64,000 nucleotides of DNA, from the NCBI GenBank assembly GCA_013265495.1, contig MU058423.1:4302783-4366782 (forward strand). The letters are read 5' to 3'. This DNA comes from Vicugna vicugna. Its lineage: Eukaryota. A program made the position numbers and the translations under genes. The notes below the pieces were generated by a model. The model was given only the letters and a program-made list of their open reading frames with translations. It did no database searches and was not told the origin of the DNA. Shown here piece by piece: positions 38,658 through 52,490 of this stretch; position 1 is the first letter of the stretch; each line of letters opens with the position of its first letter.

Positions 38658-40819
38658 CTGTGACGGAAACATGAGGCAAGTTTTATTTCATTTCATTATT
38701 TTACTTCTTGGTTATTTTCTTCTAATTTACTGGGATGTATGTCAGTTAAAATCCTAAACATTTTCAGTGCCCTATTTCTAAGTATTCTGTGCCATTGTTG
38801 TACTTGTTTATGACTATGATTAATAGGCCTAAATAACAAGGTCAAAGAGTAAGAAAGATAGAAATATTCTTTAGTCTTTATCTTTTGGGCAAAGGTACAA
38901 CGTATTTGGCAGGGACAGATGAAGCCTCTTTGAGTTCTAAAACTGTTCGTCTAAATAAAGGCATCAGCATTCAAAGTCACAGACAGGTATGATATACAGT
39001 CATGTTTAAGCAATGCATTTTTTTTTTCAGTTCCCAAATGGAGAGATTAGTCCAGCCTTTCACTAAACAAAAGGCTGTTTTATTTTTAATCCTTAACTCA
39101 TTTGTTTCTTTCAAAAGTACTTTTCTATTTAAATTTGTTATGATCTCCTGTTGCAACAAAATCCTATTATTGTAAATCCTTTCCTGGTGTGGGCAATCAC
39201 CTCTTGAACACAGCAGATAATTCATGTTCTTGTGTATCACATAACCCCGTGTAGTTTCCTACAGTGAGGCAAGCACCTCAAAGAGCTGCAGTCTGGGTTC
39301 TTCAGAAGGAAGCCGGGAGGGCTCTTAGGCGCCGTGGCAAGGGCAGACTCAGACAGCAGTGCCAGCAGCAGTCACAGCGTGGCTGAGCCTGGGAGGCGGG
39401 ATACGCAACCGTCACGAGGTGAAATTACAGCAAAGTCAGAGTTTGCTCTCTTACCTTCCAGGAGACCAGGAAAATCTTGGGAAGTGCTTATTCACCTCAA
39501 TTTTATAATCCAAGTAGTGTGCTGGGTTTTCAGATTGTATGGTTCGTATTACCTCAATTTTACCATCGATTGTTTCTCCTGATGTTAAACGGATCTGATG
39601 GCTACTCTAACCACCACTGTAGGTGTTTATTTAAAGAACACACTTCCCACAGCCTGTTCTCCATTTTACAGCTTCAGTGGAGCATTCTCATGTCAACCAA
39701 GCCCCCTGGGCTTTTAGAAGTGATGAATCCTAAAAGATGTTTTCCCCACAGAAACCACAAGGTAAATGTAACAAGTAATCAATCTTCTGAACAGCAATCA
39801 GGCAACCACTTAACGAACATACTACACAAACAAAATAATTAATCTACGCACTGTCCCGAATAGTAATTAATCGGCTCCGAGTGACGTGTTTCTTTACTGT
39901 GCCCTATTTTGTTTCATAGTTGTCATAGTTAAAGGTGTCAGGGACAGTACAAATGTGTTAACCAGTTTAAAAGAATACTAATTTCAGGAGGAAAGTGTGA
40001 CACAAATGTTTATGCAGTGTGGGACATTCGTTCCTTTGTTTGCAGAGAACAACACAGATCACTGTCAGACTGAAACAAAAAGGACAAATGCTTTAAAATA
40101 AAAGAGGAAATGCCACTACCAAACGTCAGGCAAGGCCATTAAAGCCCCAAGACAATGATAATATGATCTAGACCCATAATTGCCTCCTGGGTAAGGGCAG
40201 GTAAACTTAATTATAAACGTCCTGATGAATGAAAATGAAATAAAACAGAATGAAAAATACAGAGCCAAAAGAGTTATCCTTCTCTAAGATCTGTGACACA
40301 CAAATTAAAGGGAAAATGGGTGACACAGGAGCTAATTCTGATACTTTAGAATAAAAGGCTGAACGTAAATCCCTTATCAGCTGTTTCCTTTGTAGGATCC
40401 TGAATTCAATCATTTCAAATGTTATCAGCTACCTCTTATGCTATGATAGAACTTCACTTTATGCCATGAAGACCAAACCTGTATTGCAGGGTGGCTGCTG
40501 TAGGAGTAAAAAGGAGCCACCAGATTGGATTCACAGCTGACATTTGGCCCAGGAGTATAATGTGTAGTAATATTCAGCCTCATCCTTCTGAGCAACAGGG
40601 GCTTTCTCAAACCTATGTTTTTAACCCATGGAAGCTGAATAAAACCATCCTCAAATTTTCAGGCTTTTTTTGAGAAATTTCCATAAATCAAAACTGCATG
40701 GTTGTAAAGCATTTTCCCTGGCATCCTTTAGTTCTTCTTGATGGGAAAAGAGAGAGAAGAAAGTAGGAGTTCTACAAGAAAAGACTAAGATACATCTTCC
40801 TACAGCAAAGATGGTGACA

Positions 40820-41430
40820 GGGTGTACTGGCCCTCTGGTTGTGTCTGTACTGCCCACCTACGCTCCTCTCTGGTATGGGGGATATTCCACCCCTACAGGG
40901 AGCTGTTCTAAGCGGTCATGTTTGCACCAGGTAAACCTACAGCTGTGAACAACTAAAGGAAACAGAGTGGACACTTGAGCCAGGGAAGTGAACTATAGGC
41001 TTGTCTGGGCCATTAAGATACTCTTTCTTAGGAATACGGAATTCAGACACTGAGAGACTGACTTTGTTCGTTGTGGGGAGCCCTGATGCAAAGCCAAGTG
41101 GTGTCCAAGCAGAAATCACTGCTTTAGAAGGCCACACCTACCCAAGGGTAAGAAGAAAAGGGCGAAACAGCAAAACTGAGCAAACAGATGAAGTCAGTAG
41201 GCTCGGAGAACGAGGGTCAGGACCCAGGAGCATACTGAAGAGCAGAGATGCCCCAGAACTGGAAGGAGACCTCTCCTGTCAGCCCAACCCCATGTGGCCT
41301 TGCTGTCTGGAATTCCCTGCTTTTAGATGTTGGTGTGATTACCTGCTGGATCTAGTCTGTAAACATCGTGTTTACATGCATTAGTTTCCGTGACTCTCAA
41401 TTTAACATTTCTTGAATTAGAACAGAAAAG
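40820..41430 (+). mobile_element. Old ERVL/MaLR-type LTR (LTR33-like), diverged
   Basis: ctgggccattaagatactctttcttaggaatacggaatt resembles the LTR33-family motif; boundaries approximate. Confidence 0.45.
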
Positions 41431-41584
41431 AACCACCAAACAGAAAAATCTGGGAACAGGAATACAATTACCAAGGAGTAAACCAGTTGCTCAGTTTAAA
41501 AAGAATAGGTTACAGAGCTTCAGTAAAAGATTCTACACAAAAAGGGGTGTCAGTGAAGACTGCAATGTGACCTGGGGAAAGAAA

Positions 41585-41780
41585 GCAGTAATAATAGCCA
41601 ACCTTTATAGAATGCTTACTGCCGGTCGGACACTCTTCTAAGGGTTTACGTATAGGAGCGATTTAATCCTCAGAACATCCTCTCACACGGCTGCTATTAT
41701 ACCCATTTTATAGGCGAGGAACTGATGCAGAGAGAAATTAAACAACATGCTCAAAACCCCACAACTACTAAGCAGGCAAA
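41585..41780 (-). mobile_element. MIR SINE
   Basis: tattatacccattttataggcgaggaactgatgcagagagaaattaaacaacatgctc. Confidence 0.8.
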
Positions 41781-41867
41781 AGTGAATCACGGAGGTATAC
41801 GAGCCCAAACAATCTGTTGCTGAAAGTAGGTAACACAAAGAAACACAATCTAGGTAAATATATTATG

Positions 41868-42173
41868 GCAACATTTCCCAAAGTGTATCTCTTAATATAC
41901 AGTTACCAAGCATAACTATTAATTCCAGGAGATCCTTATAGTTGTTACTTTGTAGGAAAGGTTTTGGTTCTCAGATAAATTTGGAAAACTGACTCAGACA
42001 GTATGAGATAAATTCATATATATACACATATATATGATCTAACAATATGAGTTAACATGTTGAGTAGGTTTTCAAGAGGGAGACATTTTACGTAGTGTTT
42101 TTCCAAACTTATTTGACCACAGATCTCTTTTCCAGGGTGATCTCATCAAAACAGCACATTCTGGGAACTTCTG
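41868..42173. mobile_element. hAT-Charlie MITE (MER5-related)
   Basis: Degenerate TIRs caacatttcccaaagtgt ... gcacattctgggaacttctg and internal ttttccaaacttatttgaccacag. Confidence 0.55.
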
Positions 42174-44999
42174 TCTTAGAGACTAATTAAAGCAGTAATT
42201 TCTTATGAGTCCAAATACATGCATAGCTCTCCAAGCCAATGTCCTAATCTCAATCAATAGAGTATCTAAATTTCTTATGAAGTAAAATGAAGCATTCTTA
42301 AAATTTTATAACTAGATATATGCATAACCACCCCCATTCTCATTCCTGAAAGGAAAATATGAAATTCAGCACTTTGGACTTGAAGAAACACTGTCTTCCA
42401 TCTTTAACACCCTTATGGACTTGGGATGTGACCAGAATAAGAAAGTTGAATAATAATTGACAGGTTAATAAAACGGCTTATATTGTGATTGTCATTACAG
42501 ATTCAGTGAACACAATTTGATAGCCATAAGCAATGAAAAATATTTGTCTTAAATCACAGAGAAGATCTGAGGACAAGTGGATAGTGAATATGCATATATA
42601 GTCTTAGTTTCTTGGTAAGATTAACTCCTTGTTACCCTGTATTATCTGCTGTAGCACCAAATTTGTAATGGCAGCTAAAAATCTCAAGCTTTCCCAAACC
42701 AAAAGCTAGCTTGCCTACCTGCTGCTTCCCTCTTAACAACTGAAGAAGGTATTGTATTATATATTTGAATATCTTAGTAAGTATGTGATGCGGCCACTGA
42801 CCACCAGGAAAGTGATCATAAGTGAATCCTCACCATTCTTATTCTGGAGACAAGACCTCAGATAGAAGCATCTGACTGGCCAAGTGAAGGTCATATGCTT
42901 GAGCACTGGCTGACAAGAACCTTTGAAAAGGTTTCTCTTCCTTTCTTGACATCTACACCGAGAGACAAGGTACACTAGTCTCGTAATATTACACAAAATG
43001 GAATCTTCCCATTAAATAGAAAGACATGTTGGCAGAAGGATACCTGAAAATGTGACAAAAGTCCATTACAATGGCCAGAGACCACTTTGAGTGGCAACTT
43101 CAAGTTCTACAGGAACCTATGAAATTGACCTAAATAAAGAAGCAGGTGCAGTCGGTGAGGTTGGGCCACATCCACTCTCAAGTTCACCCGTGGAGCTCCA
43201 GCCTCTGACCTCCTTGTTTTGGCTGCACTTGAAAAGGTGGGTATCAGACACATTTTAACTGAGCAAAGGACAGCAGAGCCCCTCAAGGCAGAGATGGCTG
43301 ATAGGGCTGAGACCCTCACTTCACTTGACGCTGACAGTGTTTTTCTTATAGCAGGTGTCATTGGATGGGAGTAAATAAGATCCTCTTGTTTAAGTGAGTA
43401 AGATTCTCTTGTTTATTTACGCAGTTTGGTATTGCAATGTTGACATTCAGGAAGCCAAGGCAAAAAAGGCACCCATATAATCTGGAGAGACGGGAAAAGG
43501 TGAAGTACTAAGATTGGGACCCGACCCCATAGCATCCAGATAGAAATTAGAAAAGAAGGTTGTCCATGCTTCCAAGTATACATGTATCTAGAATTTACCA
43601 ACACACCCTGAAAGGCACTATGCTTATAATTATATGTATCATCTCGTTTACTGTTCTGTGCAGTCAGATGAGGTGGATTATACTACTATACTCAGCACAC
43701 TTAGGAGAAGAAATGGTGCCTTAGCTACTTGAGGTCACCTGCCCAAAGTTATACAACTCCCTGGTGACAGAGACACCTCGCCTGTTTGACTCCAAGCCCT
43801 GTGTTTGCAATTAATGATTCCTTTGGCTTGTTTCTCTTCCATTGATGGCTCTATGACCTCATTTCCAAACATATGTATGAAAAAGAAAGAGAGAAAGACA
43901 AAGAAAAGACCAGCTAATTAAGTGAGGATTATTTCTGGTAGGACTGAGAGTGCTATGATGGTGTGACAAATGGCACCACACTTCCATTCAGTACTCAGGA
44001 AATGGCCAGGTGCCAGGTGTGTGCAGATGTGAAGCCTCAGAAGTATGAGATTATTTCTTTCAACTTCTTCCACCAGAGCCTCACAATGGTCTCCTGAAAG
44101 GTACCTCAGTGAAAAATCAAGCAGAAAGACAGCTTCATCTCTGAATTCACTGGGTTTCTAGGGTGACAGCCACATCAGTAAAGCCATGGAGAAGCAGCAG
44201 GAAATGTGACATACCTTTCTAGGAATAACTCAATGCCAGCTGAAAGCTGTAATTCTCGCCAAGGAAGCATACAACGGATTCTACAATTTATCTGTGGGTG
44301 TTGTGTATTATGAAAAGTTTAACTTACTATACAAATACATTTACCTCTTATTATAAGAGGTATTTTATAAGATTAATTGAAAAGCTCCTTTAAGTAGCCA
44401 GTTTCTCTATTATAGTTCAAAGTTTTTATAACTTATTACACAGGGGCCCCGAGATAGCAAAATTTAAGATTTCAGCATTAGCAGCTACTGCAATAATATG
44501 TTTAGCATAATTAAAAACAATATTTTTAAAATTATTACATACATAATATAGAAAATAGGAGTAGATGAGAAAAGTCAAATTTAAACTTTTATGCCTACCA
44601 TACGAATTGGGGTTTAGAAGTATTTTTCTATTGCAAAACAGGGATTAATAAATTTATAATAGTATTCCTTTATGAACAATTGCATTTAATCTTTCATTTC
44701 CCACAAGGGCCTCTTTTGGCTTAAACAAAAAGAATATAACTTTAATGTAGACATTATGATATGAGCAAGTTGAACACACCTAACATGCCTCGGGTTGTCT
44801 GCCTACACATAAACTTGCATAAATTTGCCATAAATTCATACTGAGACAACTAACCATTACATCATCAGTATTTCTAAATACTTTATAGCCTACTATTAAG
44901 AATTTAAAAGATTCTCATATAAATACAAATGTTTTAAACTACTAACTTAGCAATTTAGAATTTACTGTTAGGTCTATTTAAAAAATTATTTCAATAAAA

Positions 45000-45225
45000 T
45001 AATAGCAAAAATTCTTTATCATTTATGAGCACCCAGCACATGCCCAGCTCTGAATTAAGCTCTTTACATTCATTATAACATTTAATACAACAACTTGTGG
45101 GATAGGTCTTATTATTCCCATTTTATAGATGAGACAATGGTAACTTAGAATTAATAGTTAATTTACCTAAAAGTACATGGGTAACGCCATGCGACAAGCT
45201 ACTCAAACCCGGATGCATTTCTGTG
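45000..45225 (-). mobile_element. MIR SINE
   Basis: ttattattcccattttatagatgagacaatgg is a MIR core match. Confidence 0.8.
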
Positions 45226-46189
45226 ACTACTGTTCCTCACTCCTTTGCTCCTTGCCCTTGTCTACCTAAAATAACTGCAGTGAAAATATATACCGAGAAT
45301 GACTCCCTAAATCATTCAAATACAGTAGCGTCGAACTAGAATAAGAAAGCAGTATTGATTACAAGATGGGTAAAATCAACACAATGAGTGTGAACGAAAA
45401 GAAATATATATAAATGGTGAAAAGCAAATTAAACTTGAAAAATTATTCCGATTTAAGGACTAAGCAGCAGCAGCAAGAGCAGAGATTCTTTTTTCTTATA
45501 ATAGTCGAATAGGTTGATGGCTCATTTCATGGCGTAGCAATATTCTGATTTTTTCTCCCGAAGCTGGAAATGCCTATTTACCAGAATGAGAAAAATACTT
45601 ACACTTATGTAAACTGCAGTGGTATATTATGCATGCTCAATTAATCCACAAGTACAGCCCTGGGTTTGCTGAAGGTTCTTGAGGCATAAGATGCAGGTGC
45701 CATGATGATAATTTACCAATCCCTGGATTTTTAGCCATCTATTCAGATTAGGCTCATTGTGTAAGAAATGTTCACTGTTTAAAACAAACAAGACAGCCAC
45801 CCCTCCCCCACTGCACCATTCATTATTGAGCTCCATGATGTGGAAGATGAACACTTCTGGGTATTTTTTGATATAGTTCTGAGAAAGTACTGTTAGCTAG
45901 TAAGTCCAGCCCATAATAAATCTTTATTTACTGCCCACTTGGCTATAGCTCTATCAGGACCAGCAGGAGAAAAGATACAATCTTATCAGTAAACCGCGCT
46001 GACACCAGGTGCAGTTTCCCTTTCAGTATTTGGGGTACGCGAAATGTGAACTGCATACTAGTTTCATTCAGCAGGCTCCAAAGGGACAGCTAAATTCTCC
46101 AGCGCAAGATGCACTGACCAGTATGTGCCAGACAAGGTCCCACTGCCTGCTCCACACACCCTTCGCCTCAGTCCAAAGATTCATAAATG

Positions 46190-46305
46190 GCAAGAGAAAG
46201 AGAGAGACAGAGACACAGAGAGACAGTGAGCAGGGGAGGGAAGAAGAGAGGAAGGGGAAATAAGACAAGAGAGACACCGAGGTGGAAGGGAGGAGAGAGA
46301 ACGGA
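46190..46305. repeat. Purine-rich (GA/GACA) low-complexity tract
   Basis: gagaaagagagagacagagacacagagagacagtgagcaggggagggaagaagagagg seen directly. Confidence 0.75.
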
Positions 46306-46939
46306 ACGCCAAAAATGTAACAATACACAAAGTTACTGAAATAATGGATCACTTATTCCACAAGGAAAGCTGAAAACACAAATACAGAGTGGAAAATTTT
46401 GAAGTTCTAATACAATCACACATAATGGCAGTGTCTGCATTAGAGAATGAAAAGGGGGTCTATTATTTCTCAGACGGCAGTACTGGTTTATATGGAGCAG
46501 CAGATGTGGGTACATAATACAACGTACCACACGTGGCTCATTTCAGAACAAGTTAAAATGACAGGGCGTGTAGAAAGGAAATCAAGCAGTCAACACTATA
46601 TTTTCAGAGTCCCGAGCTTCTAAAATTACAGGCAACATAAAGGAAAAGAAAATAACTCGAAATTTTAAAGTTTTATCTATTTAACTAGTGTTTCGCCTCC
46701 ACAGGATAACTAAATGCAGATAACACTAACAGTCTTATTTATAGGTTTACACCTACATAAAGCATATACTTAACAATAAAACGACTACCTCATATATGAA
46801 GTTATTAATCTACACATTGGCTGCAATAATAGGTGTACCTCTCAAATTTGTTTATTGTACTGACATGTTTTTACCTTCTGGCAGTTATTTCTGTGGAATC
46901 AAAAATCCTTTACTGACGAATGTTTCATTTACCTCCAAG

Positions 46940-47067
46940 ATATTTCCAAAGTGGAAGTTAGTAATTTAGTTTCTCATTTCAAAATAAAACAAAACTTTCT
47001 TAACTTATTATATATCCACACTTCCACTTTACTGGACAAGAAGCCAAGTTTTGATGAAACGTGGAAG
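46940..47067 (+). other. Candidate 128-nt internal exon
   Basis: Branch-like tactgac (46911-46917), acceptor tttcatttacctccaag|, perfect donor AAG|gtaagt. Confidence 0.25.
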
Positions 47068-50000
47068 GTAAGTAGTATATTTAAAGAGTGTGAGGAGTTG
47101 AATAGTTTTTTTCTTTCATTCTGTCTATCCATCCATATTAAAATGATTCTAGTACAAAGGGCCACCCAGGGAGAAACAAATCTCTCAATCAAGCCCTAGC
47201 ATCTCTGCCTTGCCCAAAAGTAATACTACCAATTTATTAAGCAATTATTCCAAAACAGACTCTATGTATATGTACATAAAAATACTGAGTGAAAAAAAAT
47301 CAAGGTACTTAATAGTGGGGATACTTTTTTTTTCATTCAATATGTCTTAGATACTGTTCTGATCTTTTAAACTGGTAAATAGAATTTCATTTTAAGGATG
47401 CACCATAATTGATTTAAATAGTCCCAATTCATATTTATTTAGGCTTTCTCAGTCTTTTTTGAGATAAACCATTTTGCCAATTTGGGGGGTCACTTTTCCA
47501 TTTCCAAAACTAACTGCTTTTTCTAGAAATGCTCAAATTCAATTCTGATGTTACAATAAATATAAAACCTGCACAAGGATAGCTGCAAAGTTACAAGGAG
47601 ATACATACCACATGGAATATAAATGAGAGCAAAAACTATTTTTATAATTTTTCAAAGGAATAAAAGTCAAGTTCACAAGTTATGAGGATTTTCAACAAAC
47701 CCCTTGATGCTCTGATCAAGCCTTAGAAATTTAAATCAGAAACCCTTCAGCAACCTACCTCTAAGTAATCAAAAGCTCACTTTCCCTGTATATGACATAT
47801 TGACATATGGTAACCTCTTATTCCAAAGAGTTATTCCTTCTCAAATAAGGCTTTTCATTATTTTGTTCCCTGGTTGCATTTAATCCTTCAGTATAAAATT
47901 TTCTCCCCTTTAATTTGGGAATCCAACAAAACAAAGGTATTTTTGAAGCACAAATGTTCACTTAAGCAGCTCAATGAGATCCATCCACAACATTAAGTAG
48001 ATGAGGTGGTCAAGTGGCAGAGGGAAAAGATTTTTTATTTGCCGCAACAAGCAAGCCTTACTTTTATTCATTTTCAATGCAAAAAAAAAAATACAGCAAG
48101 TACCTTATAAGTACAGAAAGGTTAGAATTAGCATGCATCCACAGTTTGAGGTATGTTCATTTTGTAGACCAGAAACACAGGAAACATGGGCTGGTTTGCT
48201 ACCATGTCTTACTCGATGTTATCTGACATTCTGTACAGCCCAGAGGTTAATCTGCACTCCCTGTGTTTAATGCAACTGTGTGGTAGGGGGACTTTCTCTT
48301 CCCCCAAATTTGGGAACCTGAGCGAGGTAGTGTTGAGTCAGACAGTGTTTGGATATTCTCCACAGTATTTTTCTTCACATCATATATGCATACACACACA
48401 TACATCCATGGGCACGGTGGTGCAGGCGTTCAAAAGTTATTTGAAGTCAGTTCAGGCTGTTTTAAAGACAATAATATGAACTACCTCCCCTCATTTGCCC
48501 CAAAGCATGTTCACGGTATCAAATGGTCCCCTAAATCGAGTCGAGCAATCCGTCAGATTTATTAAGATGTGGTATAATTGTGATGCCCTTTAGCCAGTGA
48601 CTACATTGTCTTGAGGAAATAGGGTGGCTGCTCCAGGGAGAAGTTTGGTACAAATATTGACATTTGCTGTGTTCGCCTGTTTGAGCAGCTCTAGTTATAG
48701 TGTGAAGGGTTTAGTATGAGGCTCTCCAGGTAACCACTGTAGGGCTCAGAGACCATAGATTACTGTCTGCTTGTTCTTGCTTTTTTACGAATATCCTATC
48801 ACAATGTGAGATATGATTATATTTGGACATTCTTTGTGTATAATGTTCACTGAAAGAAAATTTTTCTGTACAGTAAACATTGCTACTTCACCATTTCCAT
48901 TTATATCCAGGCTTGGCTGTTCTAGGAAGTTTCCTGTCCAACGACCCATTAGTAATTTATCAAAAGAGCAAATGTCATTATCTAGGAAGCCAAGGGAACT
49001 ACTTTGCATTTGATTTCTGGTTCTGATAGCATTACTATTGATTTAGTATTCTCCAAGCATGACATGGGCTAGACACAACAGATCATTGTATTTTTGAACT
49101 GTCAATCACAAATGATCCAAGGCTTTCCCAAATATTTGAGCATGTGAGTCAAAGGTCCATCTCACAGCCTGAAAATTATTCAACTTTAATTGAAATTCCC
49201 TAGTCCCAAAAGATCTAGTAGAGTTGCTTTATTCACTGTTAAAAAAAAGGCATTTTTAAATGAAGAAATCTCAACAGTTATTTCCAAATATGCTTGAAAT
49301 AAATTAAAAGTAAAGTAATAAAAAGTTGGAAGAAAAACAATGCAATATAATTAGCTCTTTTTCAAAAAAAATCAAAACCTAAAGTGACTTTAAAGATATT
49401 TTTTGAACCTCTCACCTTTCCAAAGAAGAAAGTAAAAACACAGAGGGTGGGTGAAATGAAGACACTTTATTTTCTAATAAATTTTAAATAAGTGAGAAAT
49501 TGAAGAATTGTTTCCAGTATATGGTAGTACATTTATTTTTTTAAACATAATTTAATTGGTCAAACACACACCAGTTTCAGTTATTGAAAGAAAGTATTGT
49601 GTTTATACAGTTTTCTCACTTTTTTTCAGTAACTGTATAATGAAAAACAAATGGAACTCATGAAAACCAACGTAGCTGGGTATTAATGAAAAGCATTAAA
49701 TGCATGTAATTTTTTGCAATTAATCAAGAAGGTGTACATTAATATACACATTTTTTGGCAAAAGTAATATTGCAAAATATCTAACAACTGCTGCTGCCCA
49801 AGCAGAATGGACACCTTCCCCACTGAGCTCAGATACTGGCTGTAAACAGTCAGAGGTGTCCACCACCACACCCATGGGCAGCCTCTCAGTCCTGGATCCG
49901 GCCTTCTGCGGTGTCTTGGAGCACAAACGTCAAGTGAACAGGTTTTGGAGTTGCGCAACCTAACTTCAACACCTGACTCAGCCATTCACCACTAGTGCAA

Positions 50001-50234
50001 AGTGATTTGATTTTACTCAATTCCCTACATCTGTAAAAACGAGAATATCTCATTCCACTTAAAAGGGGCAAAAACCCATACAAACATTTGTTGGCAGAGT
50101 TGCCTAATTATGCTGCGAGGGCTTTATTATCCTCACTGGCAAAATTTAAAATATTATAAAACCTGCTTCACAGTGTGCCTGGAAGACATTAAACTGTGTT
50201 TCTGTTGTATCATTACATCCTACACACTTTAGAA

Positions 50235-50428
50235 TGCTGCTGTCTAATAGAACTTTCTGCATGGATGGGGATGTTTGATTTCTGTGCTGTCCAGCATGGT
50301 AGCCACTAGACACATGAGAGCACCTGAAATGTGACTAGTGCAGTTGAGGACCTGAATGTTTAATTTTATGTAATCTGAATTAATTCAAATTTAAATCTAG
50401 TTTGTGATCATGTTATTGGACAGCACAG
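50235..50428. mobile_element. MER3-type hAT-Charlie DNA transposon
   Basis: gctgtctaatagaactttctgc...ggtagccactagacacatg...tattggacagcacag; 8-bp TSD-like ctttagaa / ttctagaa. Confidence 0.85.
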
Positions 50429-50632
50429 TTCTAGAAAGCTTAATATTACATGGGCTGGACTCAGGTTCCCTGACGGCTCCTCTCTTGCTGAGCCCCTCCT
50501 CAGCTGTGCCAAGTCTACTGATGAACCCATCAAAAGCATCCTTCACTTAGGTTACAGCGTTTTTGATTTCTAGCTGTTACTTTGACTCTTTCTTAGTATC
50601 CATCCCTCTGTTTACATTAACCCATCTGCATC

Positions 50633-51135
50633 TGTATCCTATGATTGCCTTAACAAATTATATTAAACTTTGTGGCTAAAATCAACACAAACGTATTGTC
50701 ATACAGTTCTGTCCATTAGAAGTCCAACACAGGTCCCAGTGGGCTAAAATCAAGGTTCAGGAAAAGCTGCCTTGCCTTCCAGAGGCTCTACTAGGGAATA
50801 ATCCGTTTCCTTGCCTTTTCCAACTTCTAGGAGCTGTCTGCGTTCCTTGGCTCCTGGCCTCCTCCCTCTGTCTTTAAAGTCAGCAATGGTGGTTAAGTCC
50901 TTCTCACATTTCATCACTCTGATTTCCTCCTCTGTGTTCCTCTTCCACTTTTAAGAATGCCTGTGATTATACTGGGCCCATCTGGATAACCCAGGCAACT
51001 CGATCGCAAGGCCTTTAACTTAATGACATCTTCAAAGTTCTTTCTGCCATTGGAGATAATATATTCATACCTTCTGGGGATGGGGATGTGGACACCTGGG
51101 CATGGAAGGTGGGCATAATTCTGACCGCTCTACCA
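50633..51135 (-). mobile_element. MaLR solo LTR (MLT1D/MLT1C-like), about 500 bp
   Basis: gggctaaaatcaagg...ccgtttccttgccttttccaacttctag...actgggcccatctggataacccagg...ataattctgaccgctctacca are diagnostic MLT1 phrases. Confidence 0.9.
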
Positions 51136-51362
51136 CCTGTACTTGCACATTGTACACTTTCACCATTAGGGTACTTTACATATCAATCATATTTATTTTA
51201 AATTCCTTCTTTGATAACTCCAACACCTTTGCTGTATCTGAGTCTGTTTCTGATGAATGCTTTGTCTCTTCAGACTGTTTGTTCTTGCTTTTTGGCATGC
51301 CTGTGTGAGGATTTATGTTAATCTGGCTAACAGTTGCCCTATGCTTAATGTTATCTACAGGG

Positions 51363-51417
51363 GCGTGCGTGCACGCATGTGCATGCGCATGTATACATGT
51401 ATGTGTGTGTGTGTGTA
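51363..51417. repeat. 55-bp uninterrupted alternating purine-pyrimidine tract
   Basis: gcgtgcgtgcacgcatgtgcatgcgcatgtatacatgtatgtgtgtgtgtgtgta. Confidence 0.9.
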
Positions 51418-52289
51418 AAAGATATATAGATGTCCTTATTTTGGCCTTCCATCCTAACTTTGAGAGTCTGGATCTTGCAGATTTCACTTGAAATCCACAG
51501 TTATTGTACGGGGCCCTCGAGGTGTGCTCACAAGGTGTAGAGGAGAGGGAGTAATCTGTAATCTTCCATTTACACTGCAGTGTTTTATCAGGCCCTTCCC
51601 ACTTGGGCTGTCGTCTTCCCCAAGTTACTCCAGTGATGTAGCTTATTTTCTCTCCTTTCCCCTATATTCTTCCCTAGTTGCAGTGTTTCCAATATATTTC
51701 CTTGAAGATGTGACCTCTGCGGACAATCTCGGGTGTGACTGGAAGGCTGGAGGGATCTGGAATGGGAGGAATGTCCTTTCCCTAGCTCAGCCATCGATAA
51801 AACCCTGAAATAGGCTTTTCCCTGGAGAGTAAGCCTTCGTTATGGAGAACGCTCTGGGCTTATGTCGCAATAATCACTCTCTGTCTGAGTAGTGATGAAA
51901 TGGTCACCAGGAGAACCTGGTAGGGTTTCTGGAGTAAAGCCCATGAGTGTGCAGGGGACTCTCCGAGGTTGCGGTTCCTCAGAATTTCTCACGCTCATGC
52001 TAGTCCACACTCAGCATCCAGTAATTCATCAAAATTATAATTTAAGCATCCCTGTCAGCTTGTAATTGTGGCTTCTGCTGCAGGTATGCAGATCTTCTGT
52101 GTTTCTCTCTGAATGAGCCTGTCTCTCTAGATTTAGGGGTGGTGATTTGCCTTGTAATGTCATTTCTTATGGGTCCCAGAAAACTCACTGATTTTCAGTT
52201 TGACCAGGTTTTTCTTGTAAGGACAGGAGCAACGACTTCCAAATTCTTTACCTGTCAGAGCTAAGACAGAAGTCCTAGAGCAATGCCCT

Positions 52290-52490
52290 CTGAACTCAGA
52301 TAAACTGAGTCTGAGTTCTACTATTGTCACTCAGCAGCTATGTAACTCTGGGAAAATTGCCTAACCATTTTAAACCCCAGTTGCTGCACTGATAAAACTG
52401 AAATAACTATAACACACTAACATTAAACAAGGCATTGCCTTACATCGGGTCTAGCACATGGAGTGCTCAATAAAAGTTAACTACTGTTAT
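52290..52490 (+). mobile_element. MIR SINE
   Basis: tcactcagcagctatgtaactctgggaaaattgcctaacc...gtgctcaataaaagttaactact. Confidence 0.75.

Larger units (their letters stand above)
50490..52270 (-). mobile_element. Old L1M 5'/ORF1-region fragment, split by an MLT1 insertion
   Basis: ctactgatgaacccatcaaaagcatccttcac...; ORF 51176-51487(-) ends SETDSDTAKVLELSKKEFKINMIDM, which is L1 ORF1-like. The sequence resumes after 51135. Confidence 0.7.

Noticed and set aside
43955..43985. miR-122-like string tggtgtgacaaatgg
   Set aside because: Only a partial match with indels, and no precursor-length stem.
50208..50232. miR-30-like string acatcctacacact
   Set aside because: The TGTAAAC seed is absent, there is no precursor hairpin, and it abuts MER3.
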